64,000 nucleotides of DNA from Gemmatimonadota bacterium (GTDB taxonomy: Bacteria; Gemmatimonadota; Gemmatimonadetes; Gemmatimonadales; GWC2-71-9), in contig JAZDCZ010000247.1 in assembly GCA_036679605.1 (NCBI GenBank), forward strand, positions 32,001-96,000, written 5' to 3'. The position numbers were made by a program, and so were the translations under genes. Positions 9,285 through 21,796 of this stretch are shown piece by piece. Numbering within the stretch: the stretch's first letter is position 1; each line of letters starts with the position of its first letter. The notes beneath the pieces are model-generated. The model saw only the letters and a list, made by a program, of their open reading frames with translations, was not told the origin of the DNA and did no database searches.

Positions 9285-12005
9285 GTGTTGATGAACATTA
9301 AAGTACTGAAAGCCAGTGTTGTCCTTTCGCTTGTCGCCGCTGGTTCGGCGGGGGCTCAGGGATCCCCTGTCCAGGAATCCCTGAGCAGTCAAGGTAATCG
9401 TGACGCTAACCCGGGTAGTGACGTTCCTACGGAGATTAGGGCGGTGCGGGCGCAGGGTGCGGCGCCTGTAATCGACGGAAAACTCGATGATGAGGCATGG
9501 ACGCGGGCTCCTGCGATAACACGGTTTTTGCAGCGGAACCCCATTGAAGGTGCAGAGCCGAGTGAATCGACCGCAGTCAAGTTCGTATACACCGACCGGT
9601 CGTTGTACGTGGCATTCCGTGGTTACGACAGCGATCCGGGCAAGGTTTACGGCCGTCTCACCCGAAGAGACCAGCGGACCTCGGCCGATGGTTTCTCGCT
9701 ATTCATCGACTCGTTCTTCGATCGTCGTACCGCCTTCGAGTTCTCCTTCAATCCCTCGGGTTCGCGGCGCGACGTTTTCATATACGACGACGGGCGAGGT
9801 CGAGACGATACTTGGGATCCGGTATACGATTGGGCTACCAAGATCGACTCGCTGGGATGGACGGTTGAGCTACGGATTCCGTTCTCGCAACTGCGGTTTC
9901 CGGCCGGTGATTCGGTGGTGTTCGGTATCCGGCTCAGGCGTCAGATCAATCGGCGCAATGAGGACGAATCATGGCCGTTCTTCCCCAGGGATCAGGCCGG
10001 AGAGGTGTCGAATTATGCGACGCTGGTGGGCCTGGAAGGTCTGCCACGACCGCGCCGCGTTGAACTCTTACCTTACACGGCGGGGAGTGCGCAGTTCGAT
10101 CCCGCCGAGGCAGGGAATCCGTTTGAAACGGGGCAACAATCCACCGTGAGGGCCGGTGCAGATCTTAAGGTCGGCCTCACGAGCGCGATAACGCTCGAAT
10201 TGACAGCCAACCCCGACTTCGGACAAGTTGAGGCAGATGCCGCCGAGGTCAATCTGTCGGCCTTCGAGACTTTTTTCCCGGAGAAACGTCCGTTCTTCGT
10301 CGAGGGCACGAACCTCTTCAGATTTGGTCTTACGCCGGCCGCGAGGGGTCGCTTTGGGTTCTCCCGTGGGGGTAGTGAGGGGCTGGTGTTTACCCGGCGG
10401 ATCGGTAGGCCCCCGCAGATCTCGCCCGACGCCGCCGGCGGTTTTGTGGATCAAATGAGACAGACGACCATCCTTTCGGCCGGCAAGTTGACCGGCCAAC
10501 TCTCAGGGGGGTGGGCGTTCGGGCTGCTGCAGGCTGTGACGGCCAAGGAGAGGGCATCGCTGGTCGATTCAGTTGGCCTTCGCGGTTCCTCTGCTGTAGA
10601 ACCATTAACGAGCTACTCGGCGTTGAGGATCCAGCGTAACGCGGCGCGTGGGCGTGTGGCTTATGGCGCGATGGCGACGTCTACGGTGCGGCGCCTCGAC
10701 GATGCGAGCTTCAATGAGATGCACGAGCGGGCGTTCTCGGGTGGCACCGATTTGAACCTGCGCTTCGCCAGCGATCGGTACGAGATCGGGGCGGCCGTAA
10801 TGGGTTCCCGAGTCGAAGGTTCGCCCGACGCCATACTCCGTACGCAGCGCGCTTCCGCGCGCTACTACCAGAGACCGGACAAAGACTATGCAACATTGGA
10901 CTCCTCACGCACCGCACTGGAGGGATTCGCCGGTAATGCGAGGGTGGCCAAGGTCGTCGGGTTCTTCACGTGGGAGGCCAGATACGCTACGCGGAGTCCC
11001 GGTTTTGAAGTCAACGACCTAGGGTTTCTGCGTCAGGCGGATCTTCACGAACAGCGAACGCAAGCCAATCTGCGATGGCTCAAGCCAGGCAAGGTCTTTC
11101 GGCGGTTCGAATGGAGAGTCCAGGAAGATGCACGGTTTACGTACGGGGGCGAGCGCACGCAGACCCAATTCCAGACGAGGATCGACGCGGATTTTCTCAA
11201 CTACTGGAATATGAATATCAATGTCCAGCGCAGCCTCTCGAGCCTTTCGACTCGACTGTTGAGAGGCGGCCCGGCCTTGACTCAGCCGGGACGCTGGCAA
11301 GGGAGCTGGCGGGGACGTACGGACTTCAGGCGGCGCATATCGGGCGACTTAGGAGTAACGTACTCGCGAGAGGATGAATCCCAAGCTACTACGTTGAGGC
11401 TAGACACCGGCTTCCGACTCAGACCGCCGGGCGGTTTTTCACTGACGCTTGATGCCGATGCGACGTTCAACACGTCCGACCGGCAATTTCTCACCAGCGA
11501 GACAGCGCTCGATTCGACCTTCTATGTATTCGGACGTCTCGATCGCAAGGAATTCTCTATCACTTTGCGAGGAGATCTGGCACTGACACCTCGACTGTCG
11601 CTCGAACTGTATGCGCAGCCGTTCGTATCGACCGGCGAATACGAATCGATCAAGCTAGTCGACGATCCGCGCGCTAGCGCCTACGGTGACCGCTTCGACG
11701 TGCTCGGGCCTGACCGGCTAGACCGGCCTGGTGGGGGTGTCGATGTGGCCGTGGACGTGGATCGTGATGGCACAGCAAACTTCACGTTTGGAGACCCCGA
11801 CTTCCGTGTTGTATCGCTTCGTACCAACCTGGTGTTGCGGTGGGAGTTTGGCCCCGGTTCGACGCTCTTCCTAGTTTGGCAACAGGACCGGCGCGACCGC
11901 ATTGACGATGCCTCCTTCAGGATCGGAAGCGGTTTGGCCGATGCGTTCTCGGCCGAGGGGACCCAGGTGTTGGCGATGAAGATCGCGTATTGGTTGGGCA
12001 GCTAG
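9285..12005 (+). CDS. CBM9-like/DUF5916 outer-membrane protein
   Basis: Signal peptide, PVIDGKLDD, NPDFGQVEAD, FFPEKRPFF, C-terminal beta strands ending YWLGS. Confidence 0.82.
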   Translation: MLMNIKVLKASVVLSLVAAGSAGAQGSPVQESLSSQGNRDANPGSDVPTEIRAVRAQGAAPVIDGKLDDEAWTRAPAITRFLQRNPIEGAEPSESTAVKFVYTDRSLYVAFRGYDSDPGKVYGRLTRRDQRTSADGFSLFIDSFFDRRTAFEFSFNPSGSRRDVFIYDDGRGRDDTWDPVYDWATKIDSLGWTVELRIPFSQLRFPAGDSVVFGIRLRRQINRRNEDESWPFFPRDQAGEVSNYATLVGLEGLPRPRRVELLPYTAGSAQFDPAEAGNPFETGQQSTVRAGADLKVGLTSAITLELTANPDFGQVEADAAEVNLSAFETFFPEKRPFFVEGTNLFRFGLTPAARGRFGFSRGGSEGLVFTRRIGRPPQISPDAAGGFVDQMRQTTILSAGKLTGQLSGGWAFGLLQAVTAKERASLVDSVGLRGSSAVEPLTSYSALRIQRNAARGRVAYGAMATSTVRRLDDASFNEMHERAFSGGTDLNLRFASDRYEIGAAVMGSRVEGSPDAILRTQRASARYYQRPDKDYATLDSSRTALEGFAGNARVAKVVGFFTWEARYATRSPGFEVNDLGFLRQADLHEQRTQANLRWLKPGKVFRRFEWRVQEDARFTYGGERTQTQFQTRIDADFLNYWNMNINVQRSLSSLSTRLLRGGPALTQPGRWQGSWRGRTDFRRRISGDLGVTYSREDESQATTLRLDTGFRLRPPGGFSLTLDADATFNTSDRQFLTSETALDSTFYVFGRLDRKEFSITLRGDLALTPRLSLELYAQPFVSTGEYESIKLVDDPRASAYGDRFDVLGPDRLDRPGGGVDVAVDVDRDGTANFTFGDPDFRVVSLRTNLVLRWEFGPGSTLFLVWQQDRRDRIDDASFRIGSGLADAFSAEGTQVLAMKIAYWLGS

Positions 12006-12074
12006 GGACCGTAACGGTGCTCTTGCGAACGCACCGACAATAGACTTGACCATACTCACTGCTCTGGAGAACGA

Positions 12075-13796
12075 ATGAAGCGATCCGTCCTGGTCACTCT
12101 GATCCTGTCCGCACTGTGTGTTGTCCCGATCCAAAGCGCAATTGCCCAGACTCCGCAGTTCGATCTAATCATCGTCGGTGGAAAGATCATAGATGGGGCG
12201 GGTAACCCATGGCGCTACGGAGACGTCGGAATTCGTGCTAACCGAATAGCCGCGATCGGCCGCTTGGAGCACGCGAGTGCGGCAAGAACGATCGATGCCA
12301 AGGGCAAGATCGTGGTACCTGGTTTCATCGATCTACACTCGCACGCAGGTGGGCCGATCTACGGGCCGCGCGGGCTCAGGAACCCGGACCCGCATCGTCG
12401 TGCGGCGCCAAATCTCGTTGCGCAAGGCATCACCACCGTGGTAGTGAACCAAGACGGCCGATCGGTTTGGCCCATTGCCGAGCAGCGCAGCGCGCTGGAA
12501 AGGCTCAGGTTCGGGCCCAATACCATACTCATGGTCGGGCACGGGACGGTGCGCCGCGAAGTAATGGGAGGTGATTTTCGCCGGGCAGCAACGGACGACG
12601 AAGTAGAACAAATGCGGGCCTTGGTTCGGCAGGGAATGGAAGAGGGAGCATCTGGGATGTCGGCTGGACTGGAATACGCACCAGGTCGCTGGAGCACCAC
12701 CGACGAAGTAGTGGCGTTGACCGAAGAAATAGTACCCTATGGTGGCGTGTACATATCGCACGAGCGGAGTGAAGGCGCCGACCCGATGTGGTATTGGCCG
12801 AGTCAGTACGACCAACGTCCTCCCAGTCTACTGGATGCTGTGCGCGAGACCATTGAGATAGGGCGCCGAACGGGTGCTACGGTCGTCGCAAGCCATATCA
12901 AGGCAAAGGGTGCCGACTATTGGGGTGCGTCCAGCGCAGCAATTCGACTCATCAACGAGGCGCGCGCGGATGGTGTGTCGGTTTACGCCGACCAATACCC
13001 CTACAATACTACCGGTAGCGACGGCAACACGGTGCTCATTCCAAGTTGGGTCTGGCAATCATCTCGTGGGGAGCGTAGGAGGCAGCAAGATTTTGCCGGC
13101 CGAGTAAAAGCGATAATGAACGACGAGGTTGCCGCCCTTGCATTGCGTGGCGACATAGCGCACGAGATTCAGCGGCGAGGTGGTGCATCACAGGTTGTAG
13201 TGATGGCCTTCGTAGATTCGAGCTATGTTGGAAAGTCCATTGAAGAACTGGCCGTTGCTCGCGGCATTACGCCTGTCGATATGGCAATAGCGTTACAGTT
13301 GGAGGGCGAGTCCGGTCGGCGAGGTGGCGCCAGATTACGTGGTTTTTCACTGTCGGAATATGACATCGAACCGTACGCTTCACAGCCTTGGACGGCTACG
13401 GCTACCGATGGTTGGATAACGTTGCCCGAGGATGGTCCAACTCACACGCGCGTGTACGGTACCTACCCAAGAAAGATTCAACGATACGCCATTGAGCGCG
13501 GAATTATCTCAGTGGAGGATGCGGTTCGGTCGGCAAGTTCGTTGCCCGCTCAGATACTGGGACTAAAGGACAGAGGCCTGATACAGGAGGGATTCATCGC
13601 CGATCTGGTAGTGATGGATCTCGCGAAGCTCAAAGACAACTCCACTTTCTTCAGGCCCCACCAGTACCCGAGCGGCATTGACTATGTGATGGTGAACGGT
13701 ACCATGGTAGTGGACGCCGGCGAAATAACCTGGGCATTGCCGGGCTTGATCATTCCGTCTGCCAAGAGCAAGAACGTGGACACCACGGGAGGTTGA
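12075..13796 (+). CDS. N-acyl-D-amino-acid deacylase (amidohydrolase family), secreted
   Basis: PGFIDLHSH, ADQYPY, RGLIQEGFIADLVV. Confidence 0.85.
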   Translation: MKRSVLVTLILSALCVVPIQSAIAQTPQFDLIIVGGKIIDGAGNPWRYGDVGIRANRIAAIGRLEHASAARTIDAKGKIVVPGFIDLHSHAGGPIYGPRGLRNPDPHRRAAPNLVAQGITTVVVNQDGRSVWPIAEQRSALERLRFGPNTILMVGHGTVRREVMGGDFRRAATDDEVEQMRALVRQGMEEGASGMSAGLEYAPGRWSTTDEVVALTEEIVPYGGVYISHERSEGADPMWYWPSQYDQRPPSLLDAVRETIEIGRRTGATVVASHIKAKGADYWGASSAAIRLINEARADGVSVYADQYPYNTTGSDGNTVLIPSWVWQSSRGERRRQQDFAGRVKAIMNDEVAALALRGDIAHEIQRRGGASQVVVMAFVDSSYVGKSIEELAVARGITPVDMAIALQLEGESGRRGGARLRGFSLSEYDIEPYASQPWTATATDGWITLPEDGPTHTRVYGTYPRKIQRYAIERGIISVEDAVRSASSLPAQILGLKDRGLIQEGFIADLVVMDLAKLKDNSTFFRPHQYPSGIDYVMVNGTMVVDAGEITWALPGLIIPSAKSKNVDTTGG

Positions 13797-13797
13797 T

Positions 13798-14919
13798 ATG
13801 AACATTCGCCGATTGCTAACTGCTACAGCACTTGCAATCTTTGTTAGCGTAACGCCGGCAACGACGGTAGCGCAGGTCAGTCGGGTTGCAACCGCCCCGG
13901 CTCCGGGTTCTTACACCGAGGTCGTGAATCAGAGCCGTACGCTTATCGACTCTGTCATGCGAGCGCGCAACATCCCGGGTCTTTCGATAGCGGTCAGCAT
14001 GGACGGCAATGTGGTCTGGTCCGAAGGATTTGGATATGCCAATTTGGAACAGCAAACCTCGGTAACGTCGACCACCAAATTCCGTATCGGCAGCGTATCA
14101 AAATCACTGACGTCAGTCGCGCTGGGTCAGCTGTATGAGCAGGGCAAATTGGACTTTGATTCGCCGGTTCAGAGTTATGTTCCGTCGTTTCCCGAGAAGG
14201 AAAAGGGAGAAGTGACGGTTCGATTGCTGGCCGGACACCTTGCAGGCATACGACATTATGACGGCAGGGAAATGCTTAACAGCAGACGGTACGGCACTGT
14301 GTCGGACGGCTTGGATATCTTCAAGAACGACACATTGCTGACTTCTCCCGGCACAAAGTACTCGTATTCGAGCTACGGATGGAACCTGCTGAGCGCCGTT
14401 GTGGAAGGCGCTTCAGGCGAACGATTCCTTGCCTACATGAGCGACCATGTTTTCGGTCCACTAGGGATGCGTCATACAGTAGCCGGTCACACCGATAGCA
14501 TCATCGTCGGCCGCACGGGTTTCTATGTTCGCAGCGGGGAAGGCAGCCTCATCAACGCGCCGTATGTGGACAACAGTTACAAGTGGGCAGGTGGTGGGTT
14601 CCTTTCGACACCCGAGGACCTGCTTACTTTCGCCAATGCGCTCTTGCTACGGGATTTTCTGAAGCCTGAGACGGTTCAAATGATGTGGACGTCGCAAAAG
14701 AATTCGGCTGGTGAAGATATAGGCTACGGCATCGGCTGGTTTATGGGTGAGCGTGGTGATGTTCCCGCCGTGTGGCATGGTGGTGGATCGGTGGGAGGAA
14801 ACAGCCTGCTTCTCATCATCCCGAGCGCGAAGCTGGTACTTGCGCTTACGACGAACATTTCAAACGCGGGGTTCAGAGACGCGCCACTGCGGATTGCAAA
14901 GGCTTTTGCCGGGATGTAG
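13798..14919 (+). CDS. Serine hydrolase, beta-lactamase class C-like
   Basis: SVSK (SxxK), YSYSSYG, HGGG motifs and a signal peptide. Confidence 0.88.
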   Translation: MNIRRLLTATALAIFVSVTPATTVAQVSRVATAPAPGSYTEVVNQSRTLIDSVMRARNIPGLSIAVSMDGNVVWSEGFGYANLEQQTSVTSTTKFRIGSVSKSLTSVALGQLYEQGKLDFDSPVQSYVPSFPEKEKGEVTVRLLAGHLAGIRHYDGREMLNSRRYGTVSDGLDIFKNDTLLTSPGTKYSYSSYGWNLLSAVVEGASGERFLAYMSDHVFGPLGMRHTVAGHTDSIIVGRTGFYVRSGEGSLINAPYVDNSYKWAGGGFLSTPEDLLTFANALLLRDFLKPETVQMMWTSQKNSAGEDIGYGIGWFMGERGDVPAVWHGGGSVGGNSLLLIIPSAKLVLALTTNISNAGFRDAPLRIAKAFAGM

Positions 14920-14931
14920 GGGAGAGCAGGC

Positions 14932-16008
14932 CTACGCCGGCAGAAAAAAGAACGCCATTGCAAGAATAGCGTAAACGGCGAGTAGTAATACTCCTTCCAT
15001 CCAGTGGGTTTCTCCGTCTTGCGCGATCGCGAGAATCACTCCGACCGACATTGCGATAGCCAGCACTTCCATCGCGGTAAATCTCAAGTCCATCGGGGAA
15101 GGCCCAACCATGTAGCTCAGAAACACGAGAAGTGGTGCCACGAAGAGAGCAATCTGTAAAGACGATCCAAGAGCTATGTTGATACTGAGGTCCATCTTGT
15201 TCTTCATCGCGACCAGAACCGCGGTCGAATGCTCCGCAGCATTGCCTATGATCGCCAGCAGAACTACCCCAACAAAGACGTGATTCATCCCGAAGGTTTC
15301 AGCAGCGCTCTCGGCGGATCCCACCAACAACTCACTCATCACACCGATCGCACCAGCCGCTAGCAGCAGTACGGTGATTGCTTTGCGGAGCGACCAGCTG
15401 GGTGTTTGGGGCTGCGGTTCGAATTCGGGGGACATCCCGGCATAGAGGTGCTGGTGTGTCCGAAGAGAGAAGACTAGTGAGAGTATGTAGGTCACCATGA
15501 GAACAATCGAGATAAGCAGACTCAATGTTTGTTCGTTCGCGGCCGCTCCACCTCCGGAAACCATGTGAAAGATCGCGGGCACTACTAACCCGATCGCACT
15601 CAGGAGCAGCAACGAGGCGCTTTGACTTGCAGCCGTAGGGTTGAACTTGAGCGTCTTGGAACCGAGGCCTCCCAGTAGAGCCGAGAGACCGAAGACGAAT
15701 AACACGTTGCCGATGATCGAACCGGTGAGCGAGGCTTTGACAAGGTCGTATAGTCCCGCACGTAGCGCAATGATCGCGATTATCAGTTCGGCGGCATTGC
15801 CGAAAGTCGCGTTGAGGAGTCCTCCCAAACCAGGACCAACATGTTCCTCGAGGTGCTCGGTGGCCTGGCCCATCAGGCCGGCCAACGGAATCACCGCAAG
15901 GGCAGAGGCAACAAAGACCCACGTGGCCGGCGCATGGACGCCAAGATCGAGTACCAATGCCACTGGCACGAAGACCAGTAGCAATAACCCAATCATGTTC
16001 TTACCCAT
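14932..16008 (-). CDS. cax: Calcium/proton exchanger (CAX family)
   Basis: Alpha repeats NATFGNAAE and IIGNAAEH; multiple TM helices. Confidence 0.92.
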   Translation of the reverse strand: MGKNMIGLLLLVFVPVALVLDLGVHAPATWVFVASALAVIPLAGLMGQATEHLEEHVGPGLGGLLNATFGNAAELIIAIIALRAGLYDLVKASLTGSIIGNVLFVFGLSALLGGLGSKTLKFNPTAASQSASLLLLSAIGLVVPAIFHMVSGGGAAANEQTLSLLISIVLMVTYILSLVFSLRTHQHLYAGMSPEFEPQPQTPSWSLRKAITVLLLAAGAIGVMSELLVGSAESAAETFGMNHVFVGVVLLAIIGNAAEHSTAVLVAMKNKMDLSINIALGSSLQIALFVAPLLVFLSYMVGPSPMDLRFTAMEVLAIAMSVGVILAIAQDGETHWMEGVLLLAVYAILAMAFFFLPA

Positions 16009-16023
16009 GACGGATGCGGTCCC

Positions 16024-18480
16024 CTAACGTCCCCCGATCGGGGTCCCGGGCGGGGCCTTCAGCGGCTTGGTTCGTTCGGTGGCGCCGGCACTTCTATTGA
16101 GGAAGCGCTGAATATCTGCCGCTGCCAGTGCTTGATGAGCCTCTTCTTCCGGGAGCCTGGCAATGCGACTCTGGATCATCTCTGAGATTCTACGGAGACC
16201 CCATTCAGCAGCGGCACGAGATTCGACGGTGGCGTCGGCGTTGCCCGCCAGGTCGATCAATTGGTCCACGGCCACTCTCTGTACTACGCGCCGGAGTGGT
16301 GCTTGGGGCCCGCCTATTAGAGCGCCCCAGGTGCGCTCGATAACGCGGGCGATCACTTCCTCCAGCCCTGGCGATTCGCTGTTCCGGGCGCTAAAGGCCG
16401 CTAGGCGTGCCGTGCGCTCCGGAGCGAGCAGGTTGTCGATGACCATGGTGGCCAGAGTGCGCGCCGTGCCCAACTGGTCGAATGCGGGAGCTGCTTTGGC
16501 CCCGAAGTACCACTCATCCCTGGATTCGCCGAATGCCCGAGGAGCCATGATTTCGATGATCCGTTCGGGTATGTCCAATTCGCTCGGCTCGAGCGCATCG
16601 AGCACTTGCTCGAGGGCCCTACGCTGGCGCTCCGGTGCTATGATCTGCGTTACGCTCAGCGGGTCCCCTCTCACGGCGTAGCGATACTCCATACCGCCCA
16701 CCGCCTTGATCGCAGCTTCAAGTGCGTAGCGGTGGTGGAGGTACACTGGTACAAACCTTCTGTTGAGGAGCGCCATGGGCTGTCCATCTCCGATAGCCCG
16801 CGCGTCGAATTTTCTGATCAGTTCCCGGCGCACATCCATCACTCGAGACAGCTCCTCGACAGCATCGCTACCGTTGGTCCACGGGGTAACCTCAGGGAAG
16901 GATCCCCAGCTCGCGTTGTCGCCGTCGGCGATGAATCGGATGCCACGCTCCATTCCTTCATCGACTATCGCCTGGAGTCCCTGTTCTTCTTGGCTTGGGG
17001 GGAATTCGGAGTAGGCGTACCGAATCGCGAGCGAATCATATGCGCCCGGTCCCGGACGGTATGCATCTGACAGATCTACCTGACCGCCGACCAGTTTGAT
17101 AAGTGGTCCGGGGTAGTCCATGACTGACGCTCGTCCATCGGCGGCCGCCACGAAATTGTGGGAGAGTCCCAGGGTGTGGCCAACTTCATGGGCCGCGTGC
17201 TGTCGTCGACGAGCCATGGTGAACTCTTCGGCGGTGACCGTGGGGTCGAGCGAAGCCAGCCAGTCCGGATTGGGAGTAGTGGGTTCACTCACGTCGGGGT
17301 TCGTGCCGGCGTAAACATTGAAGTCTGTGAGCGACCGGTAACTATCCATCCGCACTGCGGCCTTGATAATTTCCCCGGTTCGGGGATCCACGAATGACGG
17401 CCCTATCGAGGAACCAGGATCGCTCCGATGGACCCACTGGATCACGTTGTATCTGGCGTCCATCGGATCCATGTCGTCCGGCATGTCTTCAATGCGGAAC
17501 GCATTTGTGAACCCGGCGGACTCGAGCACCTTATTCCACCACATGGCGCCATCTCGTATGGCCGATCGATATGGCTCGGGCATTCCGCGATCCAAGTAGT
17601 AGACGATTGGTTCGGCGGGGTCGCTCAGGTCGGCCATCGGGTTCGTCTTCTTGAGGCGATGTCGCTGGATGTAGCGCGATCGGTATTCATCGTCGAATGT
17701 CTGCGAAAAATCATAGAAGGAAATCCCAAATAGGCCGATGCGCGGGTCACCCCTGCGCGGGACATAGCCGTCATCCGGCAGGCGCACCAGAGAGTGATGT
17801 TGCCGCAGCGTGATGGCTCGGGGGTCGGGTACGTGAGATCTCACTACTCTGCCCGGGTCGGTGGCTGTGAAAGTCAGCACGACCTCTACCTCGGTATTGT
17901 CGGGGAAACCCTTTGTCCGCTGCAGATAGATCCTGCTCCTGTCCTTATTCAAGCCGAACGAACCTTGGTTCTCCACGCGCAGCCGACGAACCACACCTGC
18001 GTGGTCCTGCAGGAAGTAATCGCTAACGTTCACCAAGACTGCGTTTTCATGTTCATCATTCTTGCCCACAGCGACGATGTCGAACGCCGCTACAGTGGAT
18101 GTCGGAAACGATTCCTCCACGGAACGGACCAGAGCAGGGTTCGACTCGTCCAGGGTTCGGAATCGGGGGTTGGTGAGAACAAGAAATACCTTGGTTCCCA
18201 CGCGCTCGAATCGGGCGATGGAGGAGCTGTTGATGGCGCCGCGGTCCAGGCCCAATCGTGTGCTGCCAAAGCCCGTAGCCAGGGATGTGAGATATAGGAA
18301 CTCTTCGTCCATGCTCCGGATCTCGAGTAGCAGCTGGGCCTGCGCGGAATCCCAATAGAGGGGGAAGAATCCGTCGCGCCGCTCGAAGTCCTTCGTGTAA
18401 TCTTTGACTGACTCTTGGGCGAAGCTCGCGGACGGCAGTATCAACAGCGAGCAGACCAAGCTTACAACAATACGCTTCAT
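16024..18480 (-). CDS. Zinc-dependent metalloprotease (DUF5117/DUF4953, EcxA-like)
   Basis: Signal peptide, [20 protein letters not shown] metzincin motif, SVMDY Met-turn. Confidence 0.88.
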   Translation of the reverse strand: MKRIVVSLVCSLLILPSASFAQESVKDYTKDFERRDGFFPLYWDSAQAQLLLEIRSMDEEFLYLTSLATGFGSTRLGLDRGAINSSSIARFERVGTKVFLVLTNPRFRTLDESNPALVRSVEESFPTSTVAAFDIVAVGKNDEHENAVLVNVSDYFLQDHAGVVRRLRVENQGSFGLNKDRSRIYLQRTKGFPDNTEVEVVLTFTATDPGRVVRSHVPDPRAITLRQHHSLVRLPDDGYVPRRGDPRIGLFGISFYDFSQTFDDEYRSRYIQRHRLKKTNPMADLSDPAEPIVYYLDRGMPEPYRSAIRDGAMWWNKVLESAGFTNAFRIEDMPDDMDPMDARYNVIQWVHRSDPGSSIGPSFVDPRTGEIIKAAVRMDSYRSLTDFNVYAGTNPDVSEPTTPNPDWLASLDPTVTAEEFTMARRRQHAAHEVGHTLGLSHNFVAAADGRASVMDYPGPLIKLVGGQVDLSDAYRPGPGAYDSLAIRYAYSEFPPSQEEQGLQAIVDEGMERGIRFIADGDNASWGSFPEVTPWTNGSDAVEELSRVMDVRRELIRKFDARAIGDGQPMALLNRRFVPVYLHHRYALEAAIKAVGGMEYRYAVRGDPLSVTQIIAPERQRRALEQVLDALEPSELDIPERIIEIMAPRAFGESRDEWYFGAKAAPAFDQLGTARTLATMVIDNLLAPERTARLAAFSARNSESPGLEEVIARVIERTWGALIGGPQAPLRRVVQRVAVDQLIDLAGNADATVESRAAAEWGLRRISEMIQSRIARLPEEEAHQALAAADIQRFLNRSAGATERTKPLKAPPGTPIGGR

Positions 18481-18573
18481 AGAGACTCCCGACTCCGGCA
18501 GTGTTTGCTAGGATGGAGGGATACGGAGGCGGGTCGGGAATGTCTAGGGGTGCACCACCTGCACCCTTGAATT

Positions 18574-18596
18574 AATGACATCAATATGATATCATT
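18574..18596. promoter_or_regulatory. Palindromic operator upstream of the SPFH operon
   Basis: AATGACATCA-ata-TGATATCATT (9/10 dyad) in an AT-rich promoter region. Confidence 0.6.
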
Positions 18597-18619
18597 ACAA
18601 TATCAGCAAATGGGAGGGA

Positions 18620-19489
18620 ATGATGATACGCGAAAAACAAGCGCACTCGGTATCGGGATTCACGATGCTTTTTGTCCTGCTGGCAGCGCATGCTGGCACC
18701 ATCCTTTGGTTTGTCAAAGCAACCATGGCTACGAACGTGCCGAGTATCATTGCGGCGGTGTTCGTTTGGGCATTCGTCTTCGTTATCTCGATCGGGTTCT
18801 TTATGGTGAACCCGAACGAAGCCAGGGTGCTCCAACTGTTTGGCAGCTACAGCGGAACAGTCAAAACACCCGGACTCAGGTGGTCGAATCCGTTCTTGCT
18901 GAAGCGCAAGATCTCTCTGAGGGTGCGGAACTTCGAAACCGGAAAGCTCAAGGTGAACGACTCCACCAGCAACCCGATCGAGATCGGGACGGTGGTGGTC
19001 TGGAAAGTGGTAGACACTGCCGAGGCGCTGTTCGAGGTGGACGATTACGTAAACTACGTCCACGTCCAGAGTGAGGCTGCGCTACGCAATTTGGCAACAG
19101 ACTATCCCTACGATGCGCACGAACACGGTGACGTGGCCCTCAGTAGTCACACCAGCCAGATCTCCGAGCAGTTAAGAGGAGAGGTGCAGGCGCGGTTGGA
19201 GAAGGCCGGTGTAGAGGTGATCGAGGCTCGAATCAGCCATCTGGCATATGCGCCGGAAATCGCTCACGCCATGCTACAACGGCAGCAGGCCAGCGCTGTC
19301 ATTGCCGCGCGCACAAAGATCGTCGAGGGTGCCGTCGGAATGGTTGACATGGCACTCGACTTTCTTTCGCAGAGGGGCATCGTAGAATTGGACGAGGAGC
19401 GAAAGGCGGCAATGGTCAGCAACTTGCTGGTCGTGCTTTGCTCCGACCGGGCTACGCAGCCGGTCGTTAATGCAGGATCGCTATACTAG
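18620..19489 (+). CDS. SPFH/band 7 domain membrane protein
   Basis: Two TM helices, [30 protein letters not shown]. Confidence 0.9.
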   Translation: MMIREKQAHSVSGFTMLFVLLAAHAGTILWFVKATMATNVPSIIAAVFVWAFVFVISIGFFMVNPNEARVLQLFGSYSGTVKTPGLRWSNPFLLKRKISLRVRNFETGKLKVNDSTSNPIEIGTVVVWKVVDTAEALFEVDDYVNYVHVQSEAALRNLATDYPYDAHEHGDVALSSHTSQISEQLRGEVQARLEKAGVEVIEARISHLAYAPEIAHAMLQRQQASAVIAARTKIVEGAVGMVDMALDFLSQRGIVELDEERKAAMVSNLLVVLCSDRATQPVVNAGSLY

Positions 19490-19498
19490 CAGACTACC

Positions 19499-19657
19499 GT
19501 GGCTCAGCGAAAACCTTTTCTCTTGAGAATCGACCGCAAGGTTCTGGACGCGATCCAACGGTGGTCGGCCGACGATTTGCGGAGTCTCAACGGTCAAATA
19601 GAGTTTCTGTTGCGTCGTGCGTTGCAGCAGGAGGGACGGCTAAAGGAGAAGACCTAG
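19499..19657 (+). CDS. Small Arc/ribbon-helix-helix DNA-binding protein (52 aa, below the ORF-track cutoff)
   Basis: Manual translation from GTG: MAQRKPFLLRIDRKVLDAIQRWSADDLRSLNGQIEFLLRRAL...; typical partner of this SPFH family. Confidence 0.82.
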   Translation: MAQRKPFLLRIDRKVLDAIQRWSADDLRSLNGQIEFLLRRALQQEGRLKEKT

Positions 19658-19678
19658 GCCGTCCCTCACTGCTTGACG

Positions 19679-21796
19679 CTAAACTACCTTGCCGATCGGT
19701 AGAGTGCGGATTCGCTTGCCCGTGAGCGCGAAGATGGCGTTGCACATTGCAGGCGCAATCGGCGGCAGCCCCGGCTCGCCGATGCCACCAAGCGCGTCTC
19801 CGCTCGTCACGATATGCGTCTCCACACGGGGCATCTCGTCGATCCGTAATACAGGATATTTGTCGAAGTTTCCTTCAGCAGCGCGGCCACTTTCGATCGT
19901 GATCTTGCCGTAAAGCGCCGCGGAAAGGCCGTAGACGATGCCACTTTCCATCTGTGCCACGATCGTGTCTGGATTGATCACGTGTCCGCAGTCAACCGCA
20001 CAGACCACCCGGTGTACGCGAACCGAACCGTCGTCGCGTATCGACACTTCCGCCACCTGCGCCACAAAACTCCCGAACGACTCGTGCACCGCTATTCCGC
20101 GTGCCTGACCCTCCGGCAGGGGCGTGCCCCAACCGGCCTCTCTCGCTGCCGTCTCTAGGACTCGCCTATGACGTGGCTTATCTGCGAGCAGCAGCCGTCG
20201 GAGTTCGAACGGGTCCCTTCCACCTAGTGCAGCGAGTTCGTCGAAGAAACTCTCGGTGACGAACGCGTTCTGCGAACTGCCCACCGAGCGCCACCAGTGG
20301 ACCGTGATCGGAAGGTCTGGTTTGGCCCACGTGACGTGCACGTTGTCGATGCTGTAAGGTATGTTTTGGGCACCCTCTACCGCGGCTCCGTCAATCGGAC
20401 CCCGGAGGAATCCCTTGGCTTCGAAGATCGATGGGCTCGCGATCTTGTGCACCCAGGCGACCGGCAAACCGGTGTCGTCTACCGCTCCACTAAACGTGTT
20501 GTACGCGGTCGGTCTGTACCAGCCGCCCCGCATGTCATCCTCACGTGTCCAAATCACTTTGACCGGTTTGCCTACGGCCTTTGAGGTGTGCACCGCATCT
20601 TGCACGAAGTCGGTTTCCGAACGGCGGCCAAATCCGCCACCCATGAAGGTGGTATGAACCGTAATCTTTTCGGCTGAGAGCCCGGTGATCTCTGCGCCCA
20701 CCCGTTGCGAGCCACTAGGGGATTGGGTTGGGGCCCATATCTCGCAACTGTCGGCTCGGACATCGGCCGTGCAGTTCATCGGCTCCATCGTGGCGTGAGC
20801 GAGGTAGGGAACCATATAGACCGCATCAATTTTCTTGGCGGCGGTGGCAACGGCACGCTTCGCATCGCCGTCGTTACGGGCTTCCGCCCCGTTGTCCACC
20901 AGCCTGCGGCACTCTTCTGTGATCTGGTCGCTCGTTAGATCGCCATGTCCGCCGTCGTCCCAAATGACGTCGAGAACATCGCGACCTTTCTTCGCCGTCC
21001 AATAGCTGTCGGCAACGACGGCTATGCCCGTGGGGATCTCGACCACGTGCCTGACTCCGGATACACCGAGGGCCTTACTGGCATCGAAGCTGCGCGCCTT
21101 TCCGCCAAACACGGGCGGACGTACGACTTGTGCGATGAGCATCCCGGGCACCTTGACGTCGATGCCGTAAACAGCGCTGCCGTTCACTTTGAGCGGCGTG
21201 TCCAGCCGTTTTGTCGGCTTCCCAATGATGCGGAAATCCTTGGGATCTTTGAGCGGCGGATCGTCGGGCGGAGTGAGCGTCGAAGCTTTGTCGGCGAGCT
21301 TGCCGTAAGACAAACTCCTGCCCGATGCTTGATGTACCACTGCTCCATTCTCTGCCCGGCAGGTGCCTCGGTCTACGCCCCAAGTCTCACTCGCCGCCGA
21401 AATCAGCATCTCACGAGCCGCTGCTCCGGCCTTTCTGAGTTTGTCGTAGTTGGTACGTATGCTCGTGCTACCGCCGGTTCCTTGGTTGCCGTATTTCGAT
21501 CGGTCGGCTAGAGCGTGTTCCGCACTCACCTTGGTCCAATCTGCTTCCAGTTCCTCGGCGAGAATCATCGGCAGGGATGTCATAATGCCCTGGCCCATCT
21601 CGGATTCGCTTACAAAGAAAGTGATCAGGTCGTCTGTTCCGATCCTGATCCAGCCGTTTGGCTCAAATGCTCCAACCGTCTCTGTCATGAAAGCCCGGGC
21701 TTTGGCCGGCAGGTAGAACGACAGGACCAAACCGGCACCCGCACCACCAGAAACCTTGATGAAGTCTCTTCTGGAAACACCTGGGCTAGCGGTCAT
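19679..21796 (-). CDS. iorB: Molybdopterin-binding subunit, isoquinoline 1-oxidoreductase beta / xanthine dehydrogenase family
   Basis: Tat motif SRRDFIK, SEMGQG, GGGFGRR, WWRSVG, GGIGEPG. Confidence 0.88.
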   Translation of the reverse strand: MTASPGVSRRDFIKVSGGAGAGLVLSFYLPAKARAFMTETVGAFEPNGWIRIGTDDLITFFVSESEMGQGIMTSLPMILAEELEADWTKVSAEHALADRSKYGNQGTGGSTSIRTNYDKLRKAGAAAREMLISAASETWGVDRGTCRAENGAVVHQASGRSLSYGKLADKASTLTPPDDPPLKDPKDFRIIGKPTKRLDTPLKVNGSAVYGIDVKVPGMLIAQVVRPPVFGGKARSFDASKALGVSGVRHVVEIPTGIAVVADSYWTAKKGRDVLDVIWDDGGHGDLTSDQITEECRRLVDNGAEARNDGDAKRAVATAAKKIDAVYMVPYLAHATMEPMNCTADVRADSCEIWAPTQSPSGSQRVGAEITGLSAEKITVHTTFMGGGFGRRSETDFVQDAVHTSKAVGKPVKVIWTREDDMRGGWYRPTAYNTFSGAVDDTGLPVAWVHKIASPSIFEAKGFLRGPIDGAAVEGAQNIPYSIDNVHVTWAKPDLPITVHWWRSVGSSQNAFVTESFFDELAALGGRDPFELRRLLLADKPRHRRVLETAAREAGWGTPLPEGQARGIAVHESFGSFVAQVAEVSIRDDGSVRVHRVVCAVDCGHVINPDTIVAQMESGIVYGLSAALYGKITIESGRAAEGNFDKYPVLRIDEMPRVETHIVTSGDALGGIGEPGLPPIAPAMCNAIFALTGKRIRTLPIGKVV

